The position numbers were made by a program, and so were the translations under genes. The notes beneath the pieces were generated by a model that was not told where the DNA came from, searched no databases, and worked only from the letters and a program-made list of their open reading frames with translations. Of a stretch of DNA of 64,000 nt, positions 47,520-61,085 are shown piece after piece; within the stretch, counting starts at the first letter, position 1; the number at the start of each line of letters is the position of its first letter. This DNA comes from Hypanus sabinus (taxonomy: Eukaryota), in assembly GCF_030144855.1 (NCBI RefSeq), contig NC_082719.1, forward strand, positions 7,502,001 through 7,566,000. Reading direction: 5' to 3'.

Positions 47520-50500
47520 AACACAATGGTATAGAGTGAAAAGCATGAATACAAATCATTTCATTATGCAACGGAACATTGAGGTAAAACAACAGCAGAA
47601 TGAACATAGAGGTGTAATAGTTATAGAGAAAGTGCATTGCAGGTAGATAATAGGGAGCAAGATTGATTGTGAGGAAGATAGTGAGGTCAAGTGTCTGCCT
47701 TATTTTACTAGGAAATTATTCAGTAGCCTTTGAACAGTGTGATGGAAAGCTGTCCTGGAGCCTAGGGGCGTGTACATTCAGATCTTTGTATCTTTTGCCT
47801 GATGGTAGAGCAGAAAAGAGAAAATGTCTAGGGTGGGTGGGATCTGTGACTACTTTATCAGGCTGTGAGAAGTATAGACAGAGTGCACAGAGGGGAGGCT
47901 AGTTAATGTGATGTGTTGAGCTATGTCCATGACTCTCTGTCGTTTTATAGGAACATGGGCAAAATAGTTGCCATACCAATCTGTGATGGATCTGGATGGG
48001 ACGCTCTCTACGGTGCATCGATAAAAACTAATGAGGGCCAAAGGGGTCATGCCAAATTTCCTTAGACTCCTGAGCAAGTAGAGGCGTTTGTGGCTTACTT
48101 GGTTGTGGCATCCACATGGTTGGATGAGGGTGGGATATTAGTGATGTTCACTCCTAGGAGCCTGAAGCTCTCAACCCCTTTGAGCTTAGCATTGCTGATG
48201 TTAACAGGAATATGTGGACTGTCTCTAGCAATCCCACCCTCTCCCCCACCCCCCGCAACTTCCTGACGTCAATGATCCATTCTTTTATTCTGCTGACAAA
48301 CAGGTTGGAAAGGTTATTGTTATGACACCATTCTGGCAGGCCTCCATCTCCCTTCCTGTACTCTGACTCTATATCATTATTTAAGGTATGGCCAACTTCA
48401 AAGTTTAAAGTTCAAAATAAATTTATATCAACCTACATCCATCTCACTACACACAACTCTGAGAATCACTTCCTTGTGGGCGTACTCAATAAATCCAAGA
48501 ACCACAATAGAATCAACAAAAGACCACACCCAACAGGGCAGGCGAACAACCAATGTGTAAATACAAAAGAGAATAAATGCTGAGAATGAGATGAAGAATC
48601 CCCCAGTCCATAGGTTGCGGGAGGAGTTCAGAGATGGCACAAGTGAGCTTGAGTGAGGTTATCCTCACTGCTTCAAGAGCCTGATGGTTGAGGGGTAATA
48701 ACTGTTCCCGAAACTGGTGGTGAAGTTCCTGTACTTTCTTCCTGATGGCAGCAGTGAGAAGAGAGCATGGCCTAGATGGTGGAGTGCGATATGATGGATG
48801 CAGGAAAGCAGCAACAGCAGTTGTATGATCTGCAAACCTGTAAACAGAAATAGAGCAGAATATGACTGTGCATTCCTGAGTGTACAGGGAGCTGAACAGG
48901 GGGCTAATACACAGCCTTGTGTGGCATTTGTGATGAGGATAGGTGTTTCGAGCATTTTGGTCCCATTCTTCAGATTATGGGAAGGCATGAATTCAAAGAT
49001 AATTTAAAAAGGAATGTGAGAATTCCAGGTCTAGGAGTTTGGTGATTGGAGTTATAGTATTGAAAGCAGAGCAGCTGTCAATAAACAATAGTTTGATGTG
49101 ACACGAGTGTATCTGCAGATGCTGGAAATAAATAAAAACATAAAATGCTGGCAGAACTCAGCAGGCCAGACAGCATCTATGGGAGGAGGTAGTGACAACG
49201 TTTCAGGCCGAAACCCTTCATCAGGAGAGAAGTAACATGGGATGGTTGAGGGGGGGGGGGAATAAGAAGTGGGGGGAGGGATGAAGTAGAGAGCTGGGAA
49301 GTGATAGGCTGAAGGGAAATGGGCTAGGGGGTAGGTGGAGAATTATGGGAAATAAAAGAGAAAGAAAGGTAGGGCTGGGGGGAGATTATAGTGAGTGGGG
49401 GGAAGAGAGAGAAAGAGAACCAGACTAAAATTATAGACAAGGATGGGGTAAGTAGGGGCAGGGGTATCAACGGAGGTCTGTGAGTTGAATGTTCATGCTG
49501 GCAGGTAGGAGGCTACCTAGGCGGGAGATAAGGTATTGCTCCATCGACCTGCGTGTGGCCTCATCTTGACAGTAGAGGCGGCCATGGACAGACATGGGGC
49601 TTAAAGGGGCTTCCCTTCATCCACTATCAACTCTGCTCTCCATCGCATCTCCCGTATTTCACATAACTGCCCTCACCCCATCCCCCTGCCAGCCCACCAG
49701 GGATAGAGTCCCCCTGGTCCTCACCTATCACCCTACCAGCCTACAGATCCAACGTATAATCCTCCGTAACTTCTGCCACCTCCTATGGGATCCCACCACC
49801 AGACATCTTCCCCTCCTCCCCCCTCGGCTTTCCGCAGGGATCGCTCCCTACGCGACTCCCTTATCCATTCATCCCCCCCCATCCCTCCCCACCGACCTCC
49901 TTTTGGGCACTCATTCCTGCAAACGGAAGAAGTGCTTCACCTGCCCCCACACTTCTTCCCTCTCCACCATCCCAGGCCCCCCGACAGTCCTTTCAGGAGA
50001 GGCACCACTTCACCTGCGAGTCAACTGGGGTGATATACTGTATCCGGTGCTCCCGATGTGGCCATTTATACATTGGGGAGACCCGCCGCAGATTGGGAGA
50101 CCGTTTCGCCGAACTCCGGCGCTCAGTCCTCCAGCAGTGGCGGGATCTCCCTGTGGCCACACACTTCAATTCCACAGACCCCTCCCACTCCGATATGTCT
50201 GTCCATGGCCTCCTCTACCGTCAAGATGAGGCCACACGCAGGTCGATGGAGCAATACCTTATCTCCTGCCTAGGTAGCCTCCTACCTGGGTAGCATGAAC
50301 ATTCAACTCACAGACCTCCATTGATACCCCTGCCCCCACCTTACCCCATCCCTATCTATAATTTTAGTCTGGTTCTCTTTCTCTTTCTTTTCCCCCCCAC
50401 TATAATCTCCACCTTCCCCCAGCCCATTTCCCTCCAGCCTATCACTTCCCAGCTCTCTACTTCATCCCTCCCCCCACTTCTTATCCCCCCTCGACCACCC

Positions 50501-50900
50501 CATGTTACTTCACTCCTGATGAAGGGTTTCGGCCTGAAACGGCGTCTCTACCTCCTCCCATAGAGGCTGTCTGGCCTGCTGAGTTCTGCCAGCATTTTGT
50601 GTTTTTAATAGTTTGATGTAGTTGTCCTTACTGTCCCAATGATCCAGAGGCACGTAGGGCCAGGGAGATGTGTCTGCTGTAGATTTGTTTCAGTCATAGG
50701 CAAATAGCGGTGGATTTTGGTTGTCTGGGAGGCTAGGGTTGATGCATGCCAAGACCAGTCTCATGATAGTGGATGTCAAAGGCACCAGGTTGTGGTCTTT
50801 AAGGCATTTTCCTTAGGTACCAGGAGGATAGTGGTCTTTGTAAAGCATCTGGGAACTTCATATTGAAGAAGGGAGCAGTTAAAATGTCTGCATATACCAC
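47520..50900 (-). mobile_element. Nested, degraded Rex1/Babar fragments (interrupted by the Penelope-like element at 49100-50606)
   Basis: LRSLRKFGMTP..LISFYRCTVES, ATQGCVL and HLGHALFSLLPSGRKYR motifs. Confidence 0.75.
49100..50606 (+). mobile_element. Penelope-like element (Neptune-type Zn linker and GIY-YIG) with an inverted 5' terminal repeat
   Basis: 13-bp TSD AATAGTTTGATGT (49087-49099 and 50607-50619). Inverted repeat about 49133-49595 versus about 50193-50606. RDRVPLVLTYHP, CKRKKCFTC and VIYCIRC…YIGET motifs. Confidence 0.92.
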
Positions 50901-52379
50901 CAACTGCAGGATCTAATGGACCCAAGGGGTGCTCAAGTCACCATAAGGACAATTCTCACCAAGGTAAGGCAAGAAAGGAATAGTAGGGTTTGTTCTTTGA
51001 CTTACTACCTTGTAAGGAAGCTTAAAAAGTAGAAGAAATTATACAAATCTGAAGTTTTGGTGGATGGAACATGAGTGGCTGAAAAATTTTGTTGGCCTTT
51101 CTCAAGCCATGGAAACACAGGTTCTGATGACATCATCAAGAGGAGTCTGTTCTTTGAGTAATACCTACCAAACCCTGGAGGAACTCAGGCAGCATCTAGA
51201 GAAATGAATAAACAATCAACATTTTGTGCCGAGATCCTTCTTCAAGATTGTTCATTTCTTTCCATAGAAGCTGTGTGACCTGCGCAGCTCCTCCAGCATT
51301 TTACATGGATTCCTGTGGATTTCTATCATCTGTAGAATATCTTATTTTATCTCTGCTCTTTGACACTGGCACATAGTGAACTGATATTAGGAACGTTAAG
51401 GAGGGAAAGCACCATGATAATCTCAACAACACGAATGTGATAGTTCCAATAGTAGAGAAGGGTTAATGTCAAGCTTTGGTTATTAAAATTCCATGTGTGA
51501 AATTTCACTGATCATCTTTTCTCACTGTGGAATGGCAATGTTTTAAAAAATTATTATTTCCCTCAATGGTTTGAATGAATACAAAACCAAGAGTCTAATC
51601 TCGTATAAATACAAAGGCAATTTGCCCCTTGCAAGTGTTGCACTACTGCAATCAGTTTTCTGTTTTAAGACAAACTTACATTTGCAGTGTCTTGTTGCAA
51701 AAAATTTTTTTGTTAATAGGTCTTACCAGCTGTGCATGATAGCTGTGACTTTTTTGAACTTACTGGAAATTGTTCAACTCATCTTGACGGTATTTACCAC
51801 AATGAAGCCACATACCACAAGTCTTAGAATATGAAAGCAGTTGTTTAAATATAAGCCACTGTATCCACAAGGAGTACATTTGGGGGTAGGTGGTTAAAAG
51901 ATACATATCAAAACCAGATGGCGAGCTCTGAGCGAGAAAGTTATTTCGCTCATTATCAGGAACCACAGTCCAGAGAATAAGTGAAGATTTTGAGACTGAA
52001 GTCATTGCAAGATTTGGTTCTACCATTTCCATTCATGGGCTGTTGTATTGACTGTTTTGATTCCAATTGGCATTTGATGACCTTTGGTGCTGTATATTTG
52101 TAATGTAGGTCAAATCAGATATCAAAATGTGAAGGCTGATAGCATGCACGTAGCCAATCACCGCTCTTCAGAGAAGGCAGATATTGACATTAATCAGAAT
52201 GTAATCCAGACTTGGGACCAGAGCTACTGTTTTAGAACTCAGGATTCCAACATCTAACTCTGGTTAGCACTGTAAGAAATCAAGAATACAAGACAATAGG
52301 AGCAATATATCATCATGGTCACAGAGTTTGGCACACAGTTGCTGATGAAAAGGTCAACCATGGTGTTCTCGTCAGGAAC

Positions 52380-54345
52380 CATGTATGGACCATTCCCTAC
52401 TGAAGTCCAGGTCTGCAGTGTTGAAATTGGATGACCCAGATCTGTACAGGAAATTGAGGCATGAGGGTGTCAAGAAACAGTACCAGTCTGAAATAAAGGT
52501 CCAGACAAGCTGTCAGTTGTGGGAAGACATAAGTGCTTTAACAGAATATAAAATGAAATCAGGCAGCATTGCTGAAAACAGCGCATCCTCCCCGATGAGC
52601 TCAATGCATCCTATGCCCATTCTGACCAGAAGGGTAGTGAAATGACACCACCCACCTCAACAGTGCTCCTGTACCTATACTCAGACTTGAGGCCAGTCTA
52701 TGGAAAGCAACTGGCACAGATGAAGTCCCTGGCTATGTTCTCAGATCCTGCACAGAAAAGATGGCTGGGTTTGACATATTGCAGACATTTTTAACCTCTC
52801 CCTGGTTCAGTTTGATTTCACTTGCTTTACAAAGTCCACTATTATCGTGGTGGACAAGTAACATGCCTTAATGATTACCGCCTGGTGGCTCTGACATCCA
52901 CCATTGAGTTGTTGAAGAGGCTGGTTGTGGCACATATCAACTTCAGCATCCCTGACAACCTCGAACCACTGTAATTCACTTTCTGCTGAAACAGTTCTGC
53001 CGTGGTTGATAACACCTTCACCACAATTACCCTCAACACTGGTATCTTTCAAGGCTGTGTCCTCAGTCTCTTCTTTAGTCCCTGTATTCTCGCGACTGTG
53101 TGGCCAGATTCTGCCCTAATTCTAACTACAAGTTTGCAAATGATATCATTATAGTGGGCCAAATCTCAAATACCAATGAGACAGAACTTAAGTGATATAG
53201 AGAACCTAGTGACATGGGTGGCCTTGATAATAATAATCTTTCCCCTCAGCAAAATGTCACCAAAACAAATTGTTAGTTTCAGGAAGTGGGGTGAAGCACA
53301 CATGGTGTTGAGGTGAGGGTAAAGTTCAAGTTTAGTTGTCATTCAAGCATACATATTTATAAAGTCAAATGAAACAGTGTTCCTCTGGGACTCAGATTGA
53401 AAACAGAACCAGCAGGCACACACAGCACATAATTACAATAGCAGAAAAACACAGTCACAAAAAAATATATATAGCCCAATTCTTTGAGTGTCCTGGCCTG
53501 TACATTGACAGTGCACAGGATGCTGTCCTGGAGCCATATTTTTGCAAGAACAAGTACGAAGCAGTTCCTTATCAAGTGTTGGTGCAGATCAGCTTGTCTT
53601 CCACTGAGTGAACTCTAGAGAGCAGCACTGTTTGGAGGAGCCAGTGCCCAACCTAGCATGGAATCCAGAATAACCAGAGGCCCCTGCTCTCTCCCACACC
53701 GGCTCTGGTGTCTCCTCTCCTCGGCGGATGCAACAGGTGACACCCTGGCATGAGTTTCAAGTTTCTCAGTGTTCAGTATATCTCTCCAGTAACCTGTCCT
53801 GGATACCAGGCCAAGAAAGCATAACAGCACCTCCAATTCCTCAGGAGCGGAAGGAAATTCAGCATGTCCCCTCGCCAGTTTCTCTAGATGCACCATAGAA
53901 GACATCGACTCCAGATGCTCACAGCTGGTATGACAACTGCTTTGCACAAGACTGTAAGAAATTGCAGAAGTTCTGGACACAGGTCAGTCCATAACAAAAT
54001 CCAGGTTCCCAGCCATCGACATACTTCTTGCTGCCTCGTAGGGCAGCCAGCATAATCAAGTTTCACAACATAGGTCAGTTACAATAAACCTGATTTGGAT
54101 TCCAATTCGGATTCTAACCAGAGACCCCACCCATCCCTGCCATTCTCTGTTCTCCCCCCTCTCATCAGGCAGAAGATAAAAAAGCTTGAAAGTACACACC
54201 ACAAAGCTCAAGGGAAGCTTTGATCCCACTGTTACCAGAATTTTCATATCATGAACTCTTGACCCACGATCCGTTTTGCTGTGGACTTTCACTTTATTGT
54301 CTATTTGCACCACACTTGCTCTGCAACTGTAAGATTCTGTATTCT
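52380..54345 (+). mobile_element. Degraded Rex1/Babar LINE with a nested insertion
   Basis: Fragments of RT (QGCVL, FAND) and a 3' region resembling the other Rex1 copies. Confidence 0.65.
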
Positions 54346-55348
54346 GTGATTGTTTTTCTCATCTTTATTCCAAAAATAAAATTTATATGTAATAAAATAT
54401 ATATGCAAAAGGAAAAAGCAGTGCAAAACCTTTTACAGTCTTAGTTTTGTTTGGTCAATACATTTAGTAGTTAACACTATTGATCATTGCACCATTGCCA
54501 CTCATATAGACCCCCCCCCGGGGCGATACCGCCTTTAGTTCTTTGAGGGGCTTCCCCCCAACTCAGTCACTTCATGTGGTCTTTCCCCACAGAGTCTCCT
54601 CGTTGGCTGCACCAAGCTTCAGTGCATCCTTCAGCTTTCCCCTTTGTAATGCTTCCACACATTTATGATTTGAAATGATAGGCGTGCAGAAAAGGGTTTT
54701 CCACTGTATTTTGCTATGTGACAAGAATAAATCAATTTCCAATATTCAAGGAGTTAACTGCATCTGTTCCTGTTCTAACGCCTCCTAATACAGTGTCCAT
54801 TAATTCTCTCCTACTCTTTCTTGATTACTTATTAAATGGGGACCAATTCCTCGAAAAAGACTTAAGATGGCATTGTTAAATGGCGACTCTTTGTATGCAG
54901 TCCTGATGGAAATCATCAAATATTCCCGTTTGGGACTACTACAGCTGAAATCCACAGTCACAGCTATGGGTACCTCAGTAAGCAGCATTGTTTAAAGACA
55001 TTTAAAAATTATTGATACTCAAAATCCATGAACCCCGAACGGCAGTCTTGGGTCGCAAATGTAGTTCCCCTTTAAGAAAACAGAAGCAAAGAAAGCACAC
55101 TAGTACAATCGAAATGCACTCCCAACTATCCTTCTGTTGAATGTGCAATCTCTGGTTAACATGATTGAAGACCTCAGAGCAAGATTGCAGTACCAGTGGT
55201 GTGTATTTGCTTTATGGTAACATGACTTGCACTCATCACTTTGGATGCCGTGCTGCAGTCCGAAGGCTTCACCATTTTCTGCACAGACAGGACAGGTCAG
55301 TCTTTTAAAGGTAGAGGAGGTGGAGTATACTTTATGATTAATTCATCA

Positions 55349-56104
55349 TAAAGTATATAATATTAATGGTAAGACTCTTGGCTGTGTGGAGGATCAGAGG
55401 GATCTTGGGGTCCGAGTCAATAGGACACTCAAAGCTGCTGCGCAGGTTGACTCTGTGGTTAAGAAGGCATACGGTGCATTGGCCTTCATCAATCGTGGGA
55501 TTGAGTTCAAGAGCAGAGAGGTAATGTTGCAGCTATATAGGACCCTGGTCAGACCCCACTTGCAGTACTGTGCTCAGTTCTGGTCATCTCACTACAGGAA
55601 GGAGGTGGAAACTATAGAAAGGGTGCAGAGGAAATTTTAAAGGATGTTGACTGGATTGGGGAGCATGCCTTATGAAAATAGGTTGAATGAACTTGGCCTT
55701 TTCTCCTTGGAGCGAGGGAGGATGAGGGGGTAACCTGATAGAGGTGTATAAGGTGATGAGAGGCATTGATTGTGTGGATAGTCAGAGGCTTTTTCCCAGG
55801 ACTGAAATGGCTAGCACAAGAGGGCATAGTTTTAACGTGCTTAGAAGTAGGTACAGAAGGAATGTCAGGGGCAAGTTTTTAAAAAAAATTATACACAGAG
55901 AGTGATGAGTGTGTAGAATTGGCTGCCAGTGACTGTGGTGGAGGTGGATACGATAGGGTCTTTTAAGAGGCACTGTATAGATAGATGGAGCTTAGAAAAA
56001 TAGAGGGCTGTGGGTAACCTTAGATAATTTTTAAAGCAAGAACATGTTCAGCACAGCTTTGTGGGCCGAAGGGCCTGTATTGTGCTGTAGGTTTTCCATG
56101 TTTC
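55349..56104 (+). mobile_element. 5'-truncated CR1 LINE
   Basis: QRDLGVRV…KKAYGALAFINRGIEFKSREVMLQLYRTLVRPHLQYCAQFWS and the CR1 3' UTR. Confidence 0.92.
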
Positions 56105-56539
56105 TATCTTGGTGCAGGAGATACATAGTGCACTAAGGGGTAGATCTGTGGCATTCAAGAATGTTGGTTCAGAACTATACAAGAGGTTCGCGTACAACCT
56201 ACAGATGGCTATTGTAAAACATTTCCAATTGAAGTTAGAGACAGAATCAGACGTACACCAGAAAGGGTTTGCATATCATTACTTCTTACAAAGCAAGACC
56301 TAACATTATGAATGGCTGTGATGCTTCATTCCCAGATGAACTCCATGCCTTTTATGCATGTTTTGAAAGGGAGAACAAGACTACACCTGTGTGAATCCCT
56401 GCAACATTGTTGATCCTGTGATCACTGTCTCAGAGGTTGGTGTCAGAACATCTTTCAAGAGGGTGTATCCTCACAAGGTTTTAGGCCCTAAAGATGTACT
56501 TGGTAAGACACTGAAAGCCTGTGCCAATAATCCTTTGGG

Positions 56540-56931
56540 CAGTGGCGGCGCTGAGATAGCACCAGCAGAAATTCCAATAGCACCACCAAGAAATGAACTG
56601 AAATTTGACATACAAATTGCAGCTGCTTTCTCTGTATGGTTTTGAATACAGCTTGTTTCTCCTGTCGATCTAGTGAAACAGTGCTCCCAATTACCGTAGC
56701 ACCCACGCAGCAATAAAGTTATAAGCTCTGCAGGTCTAAGGTCAGATCCACTCTACACTTCTGCTTATTCGTTCGTTGTCAATGTCTTGCTGTTGCTGTC
56801 CTCACTCAGATCAGTTAAGCTGAGCTGACATCACTTCAGGTGGTGATGTCACTCATGTGAGAGATTGATGGTATACATACATTGTGCAGGATCCAGGTGC
56901 AGATCCGTGGTCTCGTGAGACTAACGGAACG

Positions 56932-56985
<54 letters not shown>

Positions 56986-58200
56986 AAAAATGGATCGATT
57001 TTTAGTGAGTAAACAGCCTCATCCAGAGGAATCAGTGGTGTCTCAGCCTGAGCCTGTCTAATTGAAAGTGACATGCAGAAAGAAGCAAGTGGGGATGAGG
57101 ACGACGGCAGTTCATCGAAGGAGTGTGAGGGCAAAGTAGAGGAACAAGAAATGGAGGGGTGTTCGGAAGAGAACGTGGATGAAGCTGCTCTTAGTGCTAG
57201 TGGGAATACTGTTAGTGATGTTAGCCAGCAGCCTGAGGAAGGACCCCGTCGGCCAGCATTGTAAAAGTACCCTTCGCAACAGTTTGGCAATCAGCAAAGG
57301 AGTTTTATTCGTGGCTGGTTTGACCTGTACTCCTGGCTGGAGTATTCAATCACGAAAGACACTACGTTCTGCTTCGCATGCAGACATTTCCTGTGTGGAG
57401 GTCACGGGTTCCAATTCCAAGTCTACCTTCACTGTCACCGGTTACCGCAACTGGCGGAAAGCTACAACAGCTTTCAAAACCCATCATGTAAGTGCAGCTC
57501 ATAAGTTTGCTATGGAGACATGGGCCAAATTCAGATTGAGAAAACAAGATGGTTCAAGATTGGGAAATATGCTTGATAAAGGACATGCAAAGATTGCCCA
57601 AGAAAATCATGAGTATAATATTACATATTCCACTATTAAGGCTACTGGTTTTGCTTAGACTTCCAAGCGATGATTCTGTTAATCAGTTTTAAATTCAGTA
57701 GCCGAATTAATTCAGGTATTGCATGGTCAGAGTACAATTTGTCCATCTCCCGGTAAAGCCTTGCATCTGTTGTTTACCTTATTTGGCTTTAAGAACAGTA
57801 TACCTTTTGGAATTGTCTGTCTATGTAATGGGAACAGCAGTGGACATTGTGGGTTAGTGTTGTTTTTCTGTTGAAAAGCACACATTTGACACTGATTGCG
57901 GGACTGGGGCGTGATTCATGTTGTGCGCTGTGGGTCGGATGCTCTGTCGGTTTGTTTGTTTATGCTCTGTGTTGTCTCCGATGCTGTTGACACTGTCACA
58001 GTTCACTTCTACATTAGCTCTATCAATTACTGTTGCTTGTGAATCAACAGAGGCACATAATGCTTGAAACTGACTTTTGAACGCCACAAGTCTGGCCTTG
58101 TGAATAGATATTACCACATAATACATGCCTCAGCACCATCACTGAATAATTCATCCCCACTGTAGCACCAGCATGAAAAAAATCTCTGGCGCCACCAGTG
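56540..58200 (+). mobile_element. hAT (Tip100/ZMYM1-like) DNA transposon, internally deleted
   Basis: 8-bp TSD CCTTTGGG (56532-56539 and 58201-58208), imperfect TIRs CAGTGGCGGCGC / CACTGGTGGCGC, and a TTF-type Zn finger RSFIRGWFDLYSWLEYSITKDTTFCFACRHF…TFTVTGYRNWRKA…HHVSAAH. Confidence 0.9.
56933..56982. repeat. (CA)n microsatellite
   Basis: About 25 pure units inside the hAT element. Confidence 0.95.
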
Positions 58201-58345
58201 CCTTTGGGGGTGGTCAAGGACATCTTAAGTCTCTTACTGCTGCAGTCAAAGGTTCCCACCTGCTTCAAAAGGACAAAATCCATACCAGTACCCAGGAAGA
58301 GCAGGGTGAGCTGCCTCAATGACTATCACCCAATTGCACTCACAT

Positions 58346-59481
58346 AGAAACACAGAAAACCTACAGCACAATACAGGCCCTTCAGCCCACAATGCTGTGC
58401 CCAACATGTCCTTACTTTAGAAATTACCTAGGGTTACCCATAGTCCTCTATTTTTCTAAGCTCCATGTACCTGTCCAGGAGTTTCTTAAAAGACCCTATC
58501 ATATCTATCTCCACCACTGTTGCCGGCAGCCCATTCCACACACTCACCACTCTGCATAAAAAAACTTAACCCCGACATATCCTCTGTACCTTCTTCCAGG
58601 CACCTGAAAACTGTGCCCTCTTGTGCTAGCCATTTCAGCCCTGGGAAAAAGCCCCTGACTATCCACACGATCAATGCCTCTCAACATCTTGTACACCTCT
58701 ATCAGGTCACATCTCATCCTCCGTCGCTCCAAGGAGAAAAGACCAACTTCACTCAACGTATTCTCATAAGGCATGATCCCCAATCCAGGCAACATCCTGC
58801 TAAATCTGCTCTACACCCTTTTCTATGGTGTCCACATCCTTCCTGTAGTGAGGCAACCAGAACAGAGCACCGTACTCCAAGTGGGGTCTGACCAGGGTCT
58901 GATATAGTTGCAACATTACCTCTCGGCTTCTAATCTCAGTCCCACAATTGATAAAGGCCAATGCACTATACATCTTCTCAACCACAGAGTCAACTTCAGT
59001 AGCAGCTTTGAGTGTCCTACGGCCTCAGACCCCAAGAACTCTCTGATCCTCCACACTGCCAAGAGTCTTACTATTAATTCTATATTCTGTCATCATATTT
59101 GACCTACCAAAATGAACCACTTCACACTTATCTGGGTTGAAATCCATCTGCCACTTCTCAGCCCAGTTTTGCATCCTATCAATGTCCCACTGTAACCTCT
59201 GACACCCCTCTATACTATCCACAACACCCCCGACCTTTGTGTCATCACTATTACTAACCCATCCCTCCACTTCCTCATCCAGGTCATTTATAATCATCAC
59301 AAAGAGTAGGGGTCCCAGAACAGATCCCTGAGGCACTCCACTGGTAACCGACCTCCATGCAGAATATGACTCGTCTACAACCACTCTTTGCCTTCTGTGT
59401 GCAAGCCAGTTCAGGATCCACAAAGCAATGTCCCCTTGCATCCCATGCCTCCAGACGTTCTCAATAAGCTTTCCATGGGGT
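58346..59481 (-). mobile_element. 5'-truncated CR1 LINE
   Basis: WILNWLAHRRQRVVV…SGVPQGSVLGPLLF..DDTK. Flanked by an ACAT duplication within the Rex1 host. Confidence 0.92.
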
Positions 59482-59929
59482 ACATCTATTGTGATGAAGT
59501 GCTTTCAGAAATTGTTATGGTAAGAATCATCTCCTGCCTAAGCAAGGACCTGGATCCACTGCAATTTGCCTATTGCCACATTAGGTCTACAGCAGATGCA
59601 ATCTCACTGGCTCTCCACTTGGCCTTGGATAATAGCAATACCCACAGTACATCAGGTTGTTTTGTTGATTACATTGCAGTCGTCAACACCATCATAACCC
59701 CAGTTTTAATGAACAACCTCCAAAACAAGCAACATTGAAAGTTAGTCCCCAGATAGTCAACCTGGAAACAGCCCATTTGATGAAACTGGTGCATGACCAG
59801 CAAGGTGCCCCATCCAAACTAACTTTATTTGTCAGTGTTGGGTATAACTTGCTAAAATTTCCAAATCTATGTACCTGTTCAACTTCTTTTACAAGTTGCT
59901 ATTGTACATCATCACCCTATACATCTCAA

Positions 59930-61085
59930 TCTCCTATGCTCCATGGAGTACCATTATAACCTGTCCAAACTTCTCCTTAAACTCAGTCCCTTGAGTTCTG
60001 GCAGTACCTTTGTCACCCTCTTCTGCACTCTTTCCAGTTTAATAACATCTTTCTTATAGCAGGGGAATCAAAACTGAATACAACACTCCAAATGCAACCA
60101 GTGTGCTGTACAGTCATACCAACTTTGATATTCCGTGCCCTAACTTATGAAGACCAGCATGCTAAAAGCCTTCTTCACCACCCTGTTTGCTTTTTAGTGA
60201 GCTATATACTTGTACTCCAGGGTCTCTCTGTTTTGCAACACTACCCAGGACCCTGCTGTTCACTGCCACTCCACCTGTGTTTGACTTTCCAAAGTACAAC
60301 ACCTCCAATTTGAAGTCCATTTGCCACTCTTCAGCTCAGTGACTCAGCTGATCAAGGCACCCCCTTAACTTTCTTCATTGTCTACTATACCACCTATTTT
60401 AGTGTTATCTGCAAACTTACTGACCATGCCTTGTACATTCTTGTACAATATCTTGATATTGATGACAAACAACAATGGGCCCAGCAACAACTCCTGAGGC
60501 GCATTTTTAGTTACAGGCCTTGAGCCCAAGAAACAACTTCTATCATCATATTCCTATTGGCTTGCTTTCTACCAACAAGCCAATCGTGTATCCAATTAAC
60601 TTAGGAGACGTTTAGGACTTTGAAAAACAGCCTTCTCTCACATTTCTCTCTATCTGACCACAAGACCCAAGAAAGGATTACAAGGACTGCTGAGAGGATT
60701 ATCGTGATCTCTCTTCCACTCACAGATCTTTATCCAGAGTGCTGCACACAAAGGACTTCTTCATATTGTCAGTGACCCCTCCCATCCATCTTCGGGTACT
60801 GCAAGTCTGTCTTTGCTGTTGCTTTGCTGCACGCTTGAGTGATCGGTGGGGGGTGCTGATGCCTTTTTTTTTTGCTGGTGTGGGGGGGGGGGATCATTGC
60901 TTGCTGCTACTTACGCGCGGGAGGGAGCTGGGGGGGGGGACTTCGGGGTCCTAACATTTAACTGTCGTTCATTCTTTGGGGGCACTCCTCTGTTTTGGTG
61001 GATGGTTGCGAAGGAAAAGCATTTCAGGATGTATATTGTATACATTTCTCTGACATTAAATGCATCTTTGAAACCCTTGAAGCAA
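59930..61085. mobile_element. Degraded CR1 (minus, about 59930-60600) and Rex1 3' end (plus, about 60600-61085)
   Basis: FADNTK-like motif on the minus strand near 60410; Rex1-type tail tgacattaaatg…tttgaaacccttgaa. Confidence 0.6.

Larger units (their letters stand above)
55110..59725 (+). mobile_element. Rex1/Babar LINE remnant hosting nested CR1, hAT and CR1 insertions
   Basis: LPTILLLNVQSL endonuclease start at about 55117. The sequence resumes after each insert, ending in LDPLQFAYCHIRSTADAISLALH. Confidence 0.75.

Noticed and set aside
54791-54977. Possible internal exon (taatacag acceptor … gtaagc donor) in unique sequence
   Set aside because: All three frames contain stops and no peptide is recognisable. 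It could only be a non-coding exon, which cannot be supported without RNA data.
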